Shown here piece after piece: positions 11,814 to 23,636 of a DNA stretch of 64,000 nt. Source of the stretch: an uncultured Nitrosomonadales bacterium (GTDB taxonomy: Bacteria; Pseudomonadota; Gammaproteobacteria; Burkholderiales; Gallionellaceae); contig CAISHO010000084.1 of NCBI GenBank assembly GCA_903885165.1, positions 6,813-70,812 of the forward strand. The letters run 5' to 3'. The notes below the pieces were generated by a model. It had not been told where the DNA came from and ran no database searches. It was given only the letters and a program-made list of their open reading frames with translations. How positions within the stretch are numbered: the stretch's first letter is position 1; each line of letters begins with the position of its first letter. Position numbers and translations under genes: made by a program.

Positions 11814-12146
11814 TTTTTCTGATGATGACCGGATGAAATAATGGAGACGTTAAATTTCTTTTGTTAGTGAACGTGTGGTTTACGCGTGACGCATTAGCCA
11901 GTTTTACTACGCCCGTAGATAGTGATTCCCATTACCACGAACACAAATCCAGCAACATAAAGGCATCGCTGACATCAGCCCTCTGCTACTGGTGTTGATA
12001 GCCACTCCAAACAAGCTTTCAATTCTTCTGCGGCACCGCGCACAATAATGGCAGAAATATCCTGTTATACCACTACCTATTTCTCTGGATACCTAACGCG
12101 AAGTTCATCCAGATCAGGGTTTGTTTTTAGCCATTCCAGCGTATTT

Positions 12147-12605
12147 TTATAGTAATATTTCTTCATAAAATAAACCACCGAAGAGCGCGTTCATCTGGCT
12201 TCCTTTTTTCGCCGCGCGCTTTTTCCATTCACTCTTTACCATCAGGTACCACAGCACGCGTGTTGCGAAATACCCCATAACGGCAAGCAAGGAAGCTAAT
12301 AGCGGCAGACCAATGGCAAAAGGTTCACCCAGTGTCAGCAGCCATTCCGGCAGGAAGGTGAATGGATTGGTATAAAGCGTAGTGAACATGGCCACTGGCA
12401 GGTTAACGCGAAACAGAACGGACACCATCGCTGCGCCTATCATTTGTAACGGGCCTGGAATCAGGCTGCAAAACACACCTGCCGCAACGCCGCCTGCCAC
12501 CGAGCGGCGGTTCAGATGCCACAGGTTCGGGTGATGCAGCCATGAACCGAAGGGGCGTATCCAGCGATTTTTCCTGATGGCTTCATGGTCAAGCACTGAA
12601 TTCAT
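12147..12605 (-). pseudogene. DUF2062-family membrane protein, 5'-truncated and apparently internally deleted
   Basis: LWHLNRRSVAGGVAAG and NLPVAMFTTLYTNPFT fit DUF2062; the usual N-terminus is missing and NPFT runs directly into EWLLTLGEP. Confidence 0.6.
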
Positions 12606-12831
12606 GGAATCTCAACGTGGATTTTGGATTTCCTGTCTTGATGTATTTACGCTTGCGAAGAGAACAGACAAGAGAACCGATAATGAGCATAGCTCCCGGG
12701 ATGCCCAGAGATCGACCAACCCAGACTAAATTCAATCGATGCAGGAGGTAGTCGCCACGGAGAGCGACTGCAGCCAGAAGGCTTAGCAGGATACTAAAGG
12801 TAAGAACATACAGCCTCAAGAGTGAGGTCAT
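12589..12831 (-). pseudogene. N-terminal fragment of a membrane protein (GRSLGIPG..SLRKRK..LRFHE type), truncated
   Basis: Two TM segments, then a stop just after HEFSA, overlapping the DUF2062 fragment; family assignment from memory. Confidence 0.45.
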
Positions 12832-13041
12832 TCTTTATACCTCAGTATTCTATTCGTCAGCGGCCGTCACACCACAGAAACCAGTCGCTCAGGCTCAGCC
12901 ACTCGACAGAACATTGGCAACGTTGCCGTTCATCATCACTATTGGTTTTATGGACATTCTACACACTTCACCCACTCAATTCCGAAGATTTACATACAAA
13001 TTTTCATGGCCAATTATTTACACCATCCAGTGACGGCACGG

Positions 13042-16000
13042 TCAATTTTCTGCCGCGTGAGCAGCCCTCCCCACTCGACGGCGCAGCCAGCTCACCCCGT
13101 CATCCACCAGGGTATACAACACCGGAATCACTAACAGACTCAGCAAGGTGGAGGTGATCAAGCCGCCGATCACAACAATCGCCATCGGTGAACGAAAACT
13201 GCCGTCGCTCGCGCCCCACTCCAGCGCAACCGGCAACATCCCCGCCCCCATCGCCAGCGTTGTCATCACAATCGGTCGCACGCGCTTGCGACAGGCGTCG
13301 ATCAGCGCCTCATGCCGCTTCATGCCGCGCTCACGTCGCGAAACGATGGCATATTCCACCAGCAGAATAGAGTTTTTGGTGGCGATCCCCATCAGCATAA
13401 CGATCCCTATCATCGATGGCATGGACATCGCGGTGCGGGTTAAAAACAACGCCAGAAATGCCCCCGGAATGGACAACACCAGTGCACCCAGAATGGTGAC
13501 AGGCTGTGCAAAATCCTTGAACAGCAGCACCAGCACGATATAGATGCACAACACGCCAGTGAACATCGCCAAGCCGAAACTGGCAAACAGCTCCTTCATT
13601 GACTCAGCATCGCCGATCGGCGCCATTTCCACCCCCGGCGGCAGGTGCTGCATAGAAGGCAGCGCCTTGACAGCCGAGTCCACCTTCCCCAGCGGCTGAC
13701 CAGCCAGCTCAACCTCGAAAGTGACATTGCGCTGCCGGTCATAACGGTCGATCTGCATTGGGCCGCTTTGCAGACTCACGCTGGCGATATTACCCAGCAT
13801 CACAGGTCCATGCGTGCCGGGTACCATCAGGCGAGAGAGCTGATCCATATCCTGCCGTGCATCGTCGCGCAACTTGACCACAATGGGCAACTGTCGTTCA
13901 GGCAGATTAAGCCTAGACAATTGCTGCTCGTAATCGCCATTAGAGGCCACCCGCAATGTGTCGGCAATACTGGCGGAGGTCACCCCCAGATCAGCGGCGC
14001 GGGCAAAGTCCGGTCGCACCACAATCTCAGGACGCAATACGCTGGAATTCGAGACCACATTGCCGATACCGGCGATAGTGCGCAACTCCTGCCCGACCTT
14101 CAAGGCGCTTACACCTAGCAACTCGCTATTCTCGCTAGTCAGAACCAACTGGTATTTATCCGCCGAAGAACCCATCCCGACCTTGACACGCACACCAGGT
14201 AGCGCCGTCATCGCCTCGCGCAACTGAGCTTCAATGATCTGTTTACCCGGGCGCGCACCACGCGCCTTGAGTTGGATAGACAGCGTCGCTTTACGCGCCT
14301 CAGGCACACCTGTCGGCTCAAACGCATTACCGCCCGTAGCCCCGCCACCGATGGCAGCATAGACCAGCGTTACATTGGCATTCTGCATGATAATGCTGCG
14401 CGCCTGCTCGGTCAGTGCCAGCGTCTGTTTAAATTGACTACCCGGCGGCAAGGTCAGGGTAATTTGCGTTTGCGACTGATTATCTTTGGGCTGAAATGCC
14501 TTTTCCAGCGTCGCAGTCAGTCCGAACGAGCCAAAGAAAAAGATCGCCGTCACCAGCAAGGTCGTCTTGCGATGAGATAAACACCAAGCCGCCCAGCCAA
14601 GATAAATAGCAATCCAAGCGGGTTGCGGATGAACTGCACGCGGGCGCAACAGATAGGCGGACATCATCGGCGTCAGCATCCGCGCAACCAGCAACGAAAA
14701 CAACACCGCCACCGCCGCCGTCCAGCCAAATTGCACGAAGAACTTCCCCGCAATGCCGCTCATAAACGCGGTGGGCAGAAACACCGCCACCAGCGTAAAG
14801 GTGGTGGCGATGACCGCTATACCGATCTCGTCAGCCGCCTCCATGGCAGCCTGATAAGGTGACTTGCCCATCTCCAGATGACGCATGATGTTTTCGATCT
14901 CGACGATAGCATCATCCACCAGCACCCCGACCACCAGCGACAACGACAACAACGTGATCACATTCAGGGAAAAACCAAACAGATACATCAGCGCAAAAGT
15001 CGGAATCACCGCCAGCGGCAAAGCGGTTGCCGCAACCACCGTCGCGCGCGTATTGCGCAGAAAAAAGATCACCACGATCACCGCCAGCAGTGCGCCTTCG
15101 ACGAGCAATTCCATCGAGCCTTCAAATGTTTCTTCTACAGCATCCACCGTGTTGAAAACCCGATCCACGCTGATCTCTTTGTTAGTTTCTTTGAGTTTGT
15201 TGAGTGCCAGTGCAACACCCTTAGCCACTTCAACATCGCTTGCACCCAGCGACCTAATCACTTCAAAGCCCACTACCGGCAAGCCGTTGTGCAGCGCAGC
15301 GGAACGCCGCTCGGCAATCCCGTCGCTGACTGTAGCGACATCGGACAAACGCACATGACGCCCGTCCTTTAAAGCGATCTCCATCTGCGCCAATTGCTCG
15401 GCGCCCTTCACCGTAGCCACCGTGCGTATCGCCTGCTCCATTCCGCCCAAATCAGCCCGCCCGCCCGGCGCCTCCTGCTGGATCTGACGCACTTGTGTGG
15501 AAATCTCCGCCGCCGAGAGATTAAATGCCAGCAATTTGACAGGATCGATCTCGACGCGAATCTGACGCGTCACGCCACCCACACGGTTAACCACCCCGAC
15601 GCCTTTGACGCCCAGTAATTGCCGGCTAACGGTATTGTCCACATACCAGGACAACGCCTCTTCACTCATATTGGGCACGTCTATGGTGTAAGTTAAGATG
15701 GGCTTGCTGGCCATCTCCACCTTATTCACCACGGGATCTAACATTTCACGAGGCAGATCACCGCGTATGCGCGACATGGCCGAGCGCACATCTTCCAGCG
15801 CGGCACGAGAATCGCGCTCCAGACGGAATTCGGCGGAAACGACGGCGCTGCCTTCCTTGACCTGAGTGTACAAATGCTTTAAGCCCTGCGCGCTGGCTAG
15901 GGCATTCTCGATCTTGCGCGCCACTTCAACTTCCATCTGATCGGGCGAGGCACCCGGCATGGTGGCATTGACCGTGATCATGGGTAAATCGATATCCGGA

Positions 16001-16110
16001 AACATCTGAATTTTCATGTCCCTGAAGGCCATTAAACCCAGAAATGTCAACATCGCAAATGCCAACACAGCAGGAATCGGATTGCGTATCGCCCAGGCGG
16101 AGACATTCAT
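13042..16110 (-). CDS. RND efflux transporter permease, AcrB/AcrD/AcrF family
   Basis: 1022 aa; LVDDAIVEIEN and GIATKNSILLVE proton-relay residues; RVRPIVMTT. Confidence 0.95.
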   Translation of the reverse strand: MNVSAWAIRNPIPAVLAFAMLTFLGLMAFRDMKIQMFPDIDLPMITVNATMPGASPDQMEVEVARKIENALASAQGLKHLYTQVKEGSAVVSAEFRLERDSRAALEDVRSAMSRIRGDLPREMLDPVVNKVEMASKPILTYTIDVPNMSEEALSWYVDNTVSRQLLGVKGVGVVNRVGGVTRQIRVEIDPVKLLAFNLSAAEISTQVRQIQQEAPGGRADLGGMEQAIRTVATVKGAEQLAQMEIALKDGRHVRLSDVATVSDGIAERRSAALHNGLPVVGFEVIRSLGASDVEVAKGVALALNKLKETNKEISVDRVFNTVDAVEETFEGSMELLVEGALLAVIVVIFFLRNTRATVVAATALPLAVIPTFALMYLFGFSLNVITLLSLSLVVGVLVDDAIVEIENIMRHLEMGKSPYQAAMEAADEIGIAVIATTFTLVAVFLPTAFMSGIAGKFFVQFGWTAAVAVLFSLLVARMLTPMMSAYLLRPRAVHPQPAWIAIYLGWAAWCLSHRKTTLLVTAIFFFGSFGLTATLEKAFQPKDNQSQTQITLTLPPGSQFKQTLALTEQARSIIMQNANVTLVYAAIGGGATGGNAFEPTGVPEARKATLSIQLKARGARPGKQIIEAQLREAMTALPGVRVKVGMGSSADKYQLVLTSENSELLGVSALKVGQELRTIAGIGNVVSNSSVLRPEIVVRPDFARAADLGVTSASIADTLRVASNGDYEQQLSRLNLPERQLPIVVKLRDDARQDMDQLSRLMVPGTHGPVMLGNIASVSLQSGPMQIDRYDRQRNVTFEVELAGQPLGKVDSAVKALPSMQHLPPGVEMAPIGDAESMKELFASFGLAMFTGVLCIYIVLVLLFKDFAQPVTILGALVLSIPGAFLALFLTRTAMSMPSMIGIVMLMGIATKNSILLVEYAIVSRRERGMKRHEALIDACRKRVRPIVMTTLAMGAGMLPVALEWGASDGSFRSPMAIVVIGGLITSTLLSLLVIPVLYTLVDDGVSWLRRRVGRAAHAAEN

Positions 16111-17222
16111 TGAGTGTGAACCTCGCGAGCGGCCACACGCACCGTATCCCCTTCGACCAGAAACGCGCCGCCCGTTTCAACCACCTTCACACCGGAAGCT
16201 AAGCCGTCGATGATTTCGATCTGATCACTGTAGCGACGCCCCACCGTGACACGACGTTCCCGGACGCGCAGGTCAGATTCGACCACAAACACAAAAGCGT
16301 TTCCATCGCGCAACATCACAGCAGACTGCGGCAACACCAATACGGGCTTGGTCTGTTCTGACAACTGAAAACTACCGTGCAGAAACATGCCGGCAATCAA
16401 GCCTGAATTGGCGGGCAACTCGACCAGCACCTGACCATAGCGCGTCTGCGGGTCAATAGAAGGCGAGATCACACTGACCACACCACGCACAGACCGACCC
16501 TGTACCGTCATCACTTCCACCTGCATGCCTTTGTGTATCAGCCCCAACTCATCAGCTGTCAAATTGGCATGCCATTCCAGCCTTCCCTGACGAATCAGGC
16601 GAAACAGTTCGGAACCGGGTTGTGTGAGCGCGCCCACCGTGGCACTGCGCGATGAGATCACACCATCATCGGGCGCGGTAATATTTTGTTGTGACAGTCG
16701 TAGTGCACTGCTTTGATGACGGGCGGACTGCGCCTCCAGTCGCGCTTTAGCGGTTTTCTCATTGGTTAATGCCTGCTCCAATTGCTGAGCACTGACAAAT
16801 CCCGACTCAGCCAGACGGCGTGTGCGAACTGCATTAGCACTCGCATCATCCAAAACGGCCTCGAGTTCGTGCAGCGTCGCCTGCGTTTCCGCTTCGTTTG
16901 CCTGCATCGACTCCACAGCCAGCCGTGCCAGCAACTGCCCGCGACGCACCGGGTCACCAACATTGACTCGAACATCAGCAATGCGCACACCTGAAACCTC
17001 AGCGCCGATGATTGCCTCCTGCCACGCCACCACACTCCCGTTCGCAGTCAGATATTGCATCCACTGAGCGGGTTTTAGCGTGGCGGTATTCACCGTCAAG
17101 GCTGCCTTTCCGGCAACAGGTTCAACCAAAGGCTTAGCGGCCGGTGCGTGCTGCCAGAATGCCACAACTAACAACGACATCACCAACACACCCGCCAGAC
17201 AACTTATTTTATTCAATTTCAT
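16107..17222 (-). CDS. RND efflux periplasmic adaptor (MFP) subunit
   Basis: Lipoyl-like halves (IGAEVSGVRIADVRVNVGD; ITAPDDGVI), hairpin coiled coil; overlaps the permease start. Confidence 0.93.
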   Translation of the reverse strand: MKLNKISCLAGVLVMSLLVVAFWQHAPAAKPLVEPVAGKAALTVNTATLKPAQWMQYLTANGSVVAWQEAIIGAEVSGVRIADVRVNVGDPVRRGQLLARLAVESMQANEAETQATLHELEAVLDDASANAVRTRRLAESGFVSAQQLEQALTNEKTAKARLEAQSARHQSSALRLSQQNITAPDDGVISSRSATVGALTQPGSELFRLIRQGRLEWHANLTADELGLIHKGMQVEVMTVQGRSVRGVVSVISPSIDPQTRYGQVLVELPANSGLIAGMFLHGSFQLSEQTKPVLVLPQSAVMLRDGNAFVFVVESDLRVRERRVTVGRRYSDQIEIIDGLASGVKVVETGGAFLVEGDTVRVAAREVHTQ

Positions 17223-17285
17223 ATCACAATAAAACCAAAATAATCAATTAGTTAATATACAAAAAGAATGGATTGCGCTATATTA

Positions 17286-17957
17286 CTAACCCTTTACACC
17301 CATCCAGATGGTGTGCCGGTTACCACGGCGAGCTTGGTGCGATCCCGCGCGGTGTTGAGTCACGGTAAATCCCGTCTGCTTCATACGCTGCGTAAAAGCG
17401 GCGTCATCGCAAGCAGACCAGACAGTCAGCACGCCGCCCGATTTTAGCGCATCGTAAGCACGTTGTAAGCCGCGCACGCTATAGAGCGCAGCGTTGTCAT
17501 CGCAGGTAAAGGAACTGGGACCGTTATCGACATCCAGCATAATCGCATCGAAATGTTTTTTGTGTGCCTGCATCACCAAGCCCACATCTAACTCCTGCAC
17601 CTCGACACGAGCATCGTTAAGCGGGAATCCGGCAAGCTTCCCCATATAGTCGCGGTTCCAGCGCACCACCGCCGGGATCAATTCAGAGACTACGACATGT
17701 GCATCAGGACGCGTATGCGCCAGGACTGCGGCCAGCGTAAATCCCATCCCCAACCCCCCCACCAACAAATGTGGATTTAACCGTCCGGCGATCTGTGTAC
17801 AGGCCAGTTCCGCCAGCACATCTTCCGAGTGATGTGCCCGACTGTTCATCAGCTCGCCTGCACGATCCACACGAATAGAAAACTCTACGCCGCGCTGATA
17901 AAGCCGCAGCATCGTTGTCTCCCAACTTGCGGTATCAAGCAGTTTAAACGGGATCAT
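17286..17957 (-). CDS. Spermidine-synthase-like SAM-dependent methyltransferase
   Basis: LVGGLGMG, VSELIPAV, FDAIMLDVDNGP. Confidence 0.8.
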   Translation of the reverse strand: MIPFKLLDTASWETTMLRLYQRGVEFSIRVDRAGELMNSRAHHSEDVLAELACTQIAGRLNPHLLVGGLGMGFTLAAVLAHTRPDAHVVVSELIPAVVRWNRDYMGKLAGFPLNDARVEVQELDVGLVMQAHKKHFDAIMLDVDNGPSSFTCDDNAALYSVRGLQRAYDALKSGGVLTVWSACDDAAFTQRMKQTGFTVTQHRAGSHQARRGNRHTIWMGVKG

Positions 17958-18026
17958 GGTTGAGTTCTTTCGTCAGATTAACAGGCGGCGCAATTAAAAG
18001 GAAATTCAAAATATTGCGCGCATATG

Positions 18027-18062
18027 TGAAAAAGCCAGTTAATTCATTGAATTAACTGGCTT
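18027..18062 (-). terminator. Terminator downstream of tRNA-Pro
   Basis: Perfect 15-bp inverted repeat aagccagttaattca/tgaattaactggctt followed by a U run on the minus strand. Confidence 0.8.
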
Positions 18063-18066
18063 AATT

Positions 18067-18143
<77 letters not shown>

Positions 18144-18186
18144 AAGCTTTGGATTGTAACAGATCAACCCGCAGAATAACTAACTA

Positions 18187-18612
18187 TTACACTTCCAGCA
18201 TAGCAATGATGTCTTTCAACTCACTCCTCAGCGCGGCCACATCCAGGCCAACAAACGCTTCAGCCCTAGTCAAAACATTCTCAACATAAACGGGAACGAT
18301 CGCTTGGCTTACAACTTCAGTTTCAAGCATACTGCTAGCAGTACGCGTATTTTCCAGACGGTTGCGCGCACCGCTAATCGTAAAACCCTGCTCGTAGAGC
18401 AATTCACGTATGCGACGAATCAAAACGACTTCATGATGCTGATAATAGCGGCGATTACCGCTCCGCTTAACCGGATTCAGCTGGGTAAACTCCTGCTCCC
18501 AATAGCGCAACACGTGCGCCTTCACCCCGCAAAGTTCACTCACTTCACCGATGGTGAAATAGCGCTTGGCGGGGATAGGAGGGAGTTCTGAGTTAGGCTT
18601 GTGGAGTTCCAT
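18187..18612 (-). CDS. MerR-family transcriptional regulator
   Basis: [32 protein letters not shown]; conserved ihfA neighbour. Confidence 0.93.
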   Translation of the reverse strand: MELHKPNSELPPIPAKRYFTIGEVSELCGVKAHVLRYWEQEFTQLNPVKRSGNRRYYQHHEVVLIRRIRELLYEQGFTISGARNRLENTRTASSMLETEVVSQAIVPVYVENVLTRAEAFVGLDVAALRSELKDIIAMLEV

Positions 18613-18904
18613 GATACGACTTTTCCACCAGCGTCTTCAGTTTCTGACTAGGGTGGAATGTCACCACACGGCGTGCTGAAATCGGGATTTCCTTGCCTGT
18701 CTTAGGATTACGACCAGGACGCTGAGGCTTGTCGCGTAGTTGAAAATTACCAAAACCTGACAGTTTGACAGTCTCGCCCTGCTCCAATTGTATACGAATT
18801 TCCTCAAAAAACGCTTCCACCATATCTTTGGCTTCACGCTTATTGAGTCCCACTTTCGAAAATAGCAAATCAGCTAATTCGGCTTTTGTTAACGTTGATA
18901 TCAT
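18593..18904 (-). CDS. ihfA: Integration host factor alpha
   Basis: [26 protein letters not shown]; ATG 18904. Confidence 0.97.
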   Translation of the reverse strand: MISTLTKAELADLLFSKVGLNKREAKDMVEAFFEEIRIQLEQGETVKLSGFGNFQLRDKPQRPGRNPKTGKEIPISARRVVTFHPSQKLKTLVEKSYHGTPQA

Positions 18905-18914
18905 AATCCCCCTC

Positions 18915-21266
18915 TTACATGCGCAACTGCGCACCCTGCTTATTCAACACTTCCACTAACATCGCAATGCCGGGCTCAATTTCAGCATCAGTGAGTGTTT
19001 TTTTAGTATCTTGTAACAACACACGGAACGCAAGGCTTTTCTTGCCCTGTTCCACCCCTTTGCCGCGATATACATCAAATAAAACAACTTCCTGCACGTA
19101 CGGCGCACAAGAGCGAAGCATACCATCCAGCAAGCTTTGTGCGCTAGTGGACTCATCAACTAAAACCGCTAAATCGCGTCGAACCGGCAAAAACTTAGAG
19201 ATTTCGGCCAAGCGAGGAACCGCCGCTTGCATCACCGCCGCCAACTCCACTTCAAACCATACCGGCGCCAAGGGCATCTCCTTCAACCATTGCGGATGCA
19301 ACTCACCTATCCAGCCAATCGCCCGCTCAGCAAAATACACTTGCGCGGAACGTCCCGGATGCAGCGCCGGGTGCTTTGCCGCCACAAAACGCAAAGCGTT
19401 CGGTGCAAACAAGGATTCCAGATCCGCCTTCATATCGTAGAAATCGACATTGCGAGCCGCCGCGCCCCATTGTTCAGTCACGATAGAACCATAGGCAATG
19501 GCCGACAAACGCTGGCTTTGTAAATACTCGCCAGCGACATTAGCAAAACAAGCCCCCGCTTCGAACAGACGCACGCGCGACTGACGGCGATTGAGATTAA
19601 AGCGCAACGCCTCCACCAGACCGCCGATCAGGCTACTGCGCATCACCGCCAGATTGCTGGCAATCGGATTTTGCAGGGCAACCGGATTTGTATTGCCGGA
19701 CAACTCGCGCTCGGACTGCTCATCGACGAAGGCGTAGCTGACGATTTCCTGATAATCGCGAGCCACCAGCGTCTGCATGATGCGCGGCAAGGGACGTAGC
19801 GACTCGTCCAGCGGTAACATAGTCAGCGCGGCATGAGGAGCGGTAGCCGGAATATTGTCGTAACCGTGCAGACGGGCGATTTCCTCGATCAGATCGGATT
19901 CAATCGACAAGTCAAAACGGAAACTGGGCGGCGTAACGCTAAAGTTGTCGCCATCGAGCTGATAGTCAAAATGCAAGCATTTGAATATATTTGATATTTT
20001 ATCGACATCCAGCACAACACCCAGCACGCGTGCGACACGCGATGTGCGCAGGGTAATTGATTCGCGCGCAGGCTGCTCGCCGCGCACTTCGGTAATTGAA
20101 CCTACCGAACCGCCGCAAATTTGCAAAATTAATTGGGTCGCGCGTTCCAGCGCAGTGACGGTCGAAGCGAAATCAACCCCGCGCTCGAAACGGAAGGAGG
20201 AATCCGTCGCCAGACCGAAGCGACGCGCGCGTCCGGCAATTGCAGCAGGATGGAAAAATGCGGCTTCCAGAAATACATCCTGAGTTGTCAGTTCAACACC
20301 GCTACCGGCACCGCCCATGATACCGGCCAGCGCCAACACACGCGCCTCATCGGCGATCACCAACACTTCTTCATCCAGCAACACAGCCTGATCGTTCAAC
20401 AAGGTCAGCGCTTCCTCATGACGGGCACGGCGCACCGTGATGCCGCCTGAGAGCTGAGCCGCATCAAATGCGTGCATAGGCTGACCCAGTTCCATCATCA
20501 CGTAGTTGGTGATATCCACCACCGCATTGATGGTGCGCAATCCGCAGCGCTCCAGTCGGCGTTGCATCCAGACCGGTGTCGCGGCAGCGGCATTCACGCC
20601 ACGGATCAAACGTCCGCTATACAACGGACAGGCGATTTTATCTTCAACAGTAACGGGGAGCTGTTCAGCCAATACAACAGTCTGAGCTTCAACCGCTACG
20701 AGCTTCAAAGTGCTACCTGTTAACGCCGCCACTTCGCGCGCAATACCGGAAATTCCCGAACAGTCGCTGCGATTCGGGGTCAGTTTCAGCGTGATCAGCT
20801 TATCGTCCAGATCCAGATACTCGCGTACAGACTGGCCTACCGGCGCATCAACGGGGAAAATCCACAGACCGTCGCTCTCGGTGGCCAGGCCAATTTCGAC
20901 AGCCGAACACAGCATACCGAAAGAGGCAATCCCGCGCACCTTGGCCTGTTTGATCTTGAAATCGCCGGGCAGCACTGCACCGATGCGTGCACAAGGCACT
21001 TTGATGCCAACCGCCACATTGGCCGCACCACAGACGATAGTCAGCGGAGCCTCTTCACCCACATTGACCTGGCAGACATTCAGCCGGTCGGCATCAGGAT
21101 GCTTCTCAACCGACAACACTTGGGCCACCACCACGTTATTAAACTCAGGGGCTACGCCTTCCAGCGCTTCGACTTCCAGCCCCGCCATCGTCAACACATG
21201 GCCCAGCGCCTCGCTGGACAAATCGGGATTAACCCAGCTTCTTAACCAATTTTCAGAAAATTTCAT
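18915..21266 (-). CDS. pheT: Phenylalanyl-tRNA synthetase beta subunit
   Basis: MKFSENWLR, tRNA-binding OB fold, [21 protein letters not shown] domain. Confidence 0.98.
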   Translation of the reverse strand: MKFSENWLRSWVNPDLSSEALGHVLTMAGLEVEALEGVAPEFNNVVVAQVLSVEKHPDADRLNVCQVNVGEEAPLTIVCGAANVAVGIKVPCARIGAVLPGDFKIKQAKVRGIASFGMLCSAVEIGLATESDGLWIFPVDAPVGQSVREYLDLDDKLITLKLTPNRSDCSGISGIAREVAALTGSTLKLVAVEAQTVVLAEQLPVTVEDKIACPLYSGRLIRGVNAAAATPVWMQRRLERCGLRTINAVVDITNYVMMELGQPMHAFDAAQLSGGITVRRARHEEALTLLNDQAVLLDEEVLVIADEARVLALAGIMGGAGSGVELTTQDVFLEAAFFHPAAIAGRARRFGLATDSSFRFERGVDFASTVTALERATQLILQICGGSVGSITEVRGEQPARESITLRTSRVARVLGVVLDVDKISNIFKCLHFDYQLDGDNFSVTPPSFRFDLSIESDLIEEIARLHGYDNIPATAPHAALTMLPLDESLRPLPRIMQTLVARDYQEIVSYAFVDEQSERELSGNTNPVALQNPIASNLAVMRSSLIGGLVEALRFNLNRRQSRVRLFEAGACFANVAGEYLQSQRLSAIAYGSIVTEQWGAAARNVDFYDMKADLESLFAPNALRFVAAKHPALHPGRSAQVYFAERAIGWIGELHPQWLKEMPLAPVWFEVELAAVMQAAVPRLAEISKFLPVRRDLAVLVDESTSAQSLLDGMLRSCAPYVQEVVLFDVYRGKGVEQGKKSLAFRVLLQDTKKTLTDAEIEPGIAMLVEVLNKQGAQLRM

Positions 21267-21276
21267 CGCGATATTC

Positions 21277-22697
<1,421 letters not shown>

Positions 22698-22707
22698 GTT
22701 CTACTCC

Positions 22708-22905
22708 TTACGCGTATGGCAGCATGCGACGAACCGCTGCTGTGTTGGTTGAGTGAACTTCCGCAGTACCACGCAGTTGACGCTTAGTCTTGGTCGTCTT
22801 CGAAGTCAGAATGTGGCGTTTAAACGCACATGCGCGCTTGATAGTGCCGCCAGCACGTATGACGAAGCGTTTTTTTGCTCCGCTTTTGGTTTTCATCTTA
22901 GGCAT
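22708..22905 (-). CDS. rpmI: 50S ribosomal protein L35
   Basis: [21 protein letters not shown]. Confidence 0.98.
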   Translation of the reverse strand: MPKMKTKSGAKKRFVIRAGGTIKRACAFKRHILTSKTTKTKRQLRGTAEVHSTNTAAVRRMLPYA

Positions 22906-22920
22906 AACTACTCCTTGATT

Positions 22921-22975
22921 TATGGTGGGAGGTGTTTTCCACTGTGGAAAAGCTTGTTAACCCATACACCACTTA
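22921..22975 (-). promoter_or_regulatory. Structured leader upstream of rpmI (candidate L20-binding element)
   Basis: Inner hairpin ttttccac-t-gtggaaaa enclosed by tggtggg/cccatacacca pairing, just upstream of the rpmI SD. Confidence 0.45.
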
Positions 22976-23024
22976 TTGTTCGGGGATCTTGGTACAACTT
23001 CTTTCTGATCGGCCCCTGCTACCA

Positions 23025-23085
23025 GAAAGCTAAGCTTTCAGCCTTTAGCTAGCAGCCTACTTCAAGCTACCAGCTATAAGCTATC
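23025..23085. repeat. Degenerate AGCT-core heptamer arrays between infC and rpmI
   Basis: caagcta-ccagcta-taagcta (23063-23083) with an oppositely oriented degenerate set upstream. Confidence 0.65.
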
Positions 23086-23086
23086 T

Positions 23087-23614
23087 TTATTTCTTCAACG
23101 CCGCCTTAGGGGAAAGTACCATCACCATCTGACGACCTTCCATCTTAGGGAATTGCTCAACAATCGCGAACTCTTCCAGATCACCTCTGACGCGCTCAAT
23201 CAAGCGCATACCGATTTCCTGGTGAGCCATTTCACGACCGCGAAAACGCAGCGTAATCTTGGTCTTGTCGCCATCAGCCAGGAATTTGATCAAATTGCGC
23301 AACTTGATGTTGTAGTCGCCTTCATCCGTACCCGGACGAAATTTGATTTCCTTAACCTGAACTTGTTTCTGTTTAAGCTTCGCTTCGTGCTGCTTCTTGC
23401 TTTCGGCATATTTAAACTTGCCGAAATCCATGATGCGACACACGGGGGGGTCTGCCAAAGGCGAGATTTCAACCAGATCTAACTCTGCTTCACCAGCCAG
23501 ACGCAAAGCTTCTGTACTGGATACAATCCCAAGGGGCTCTTTCTCTACACCAATGAGTCGCACGCGGGGTGCATTGATCATCTCATTGATGCGTTGTAGT
23601 TTATTCTGTGCTAT
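23087..23614 (-). CDS. infC: Translation initiation factor IF-3 with non-AUG (ATA) start
   Basis: GGAG SD then in-frame ATA GCA CAG AAT AAA CTA CAA CGC ATC AAT GAG, 11 codons upstream of the ATG in the ORF track; KEIKFRP, FRGRE. Confidence 0.93.
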   Translation of the reverse strand: MAQNKLQRINEMINAPRVRLIGVEKEPLGIVSSTEALRLAGEAELDLVEISPLADPPVCRIMDFGKFKYAESKKQHEAKLKQKQVQVKEIKFRPGTDEGDYNIKLRNLIKFLADGDKTKITLRFRGREMAHQEIGMRLIERVRGDLEEFAIVEQFPKMEGRQMVMVLSPKAALKK

Positions 23615-23636
23615 TGGAATGTCTCCGTATGAAAAA

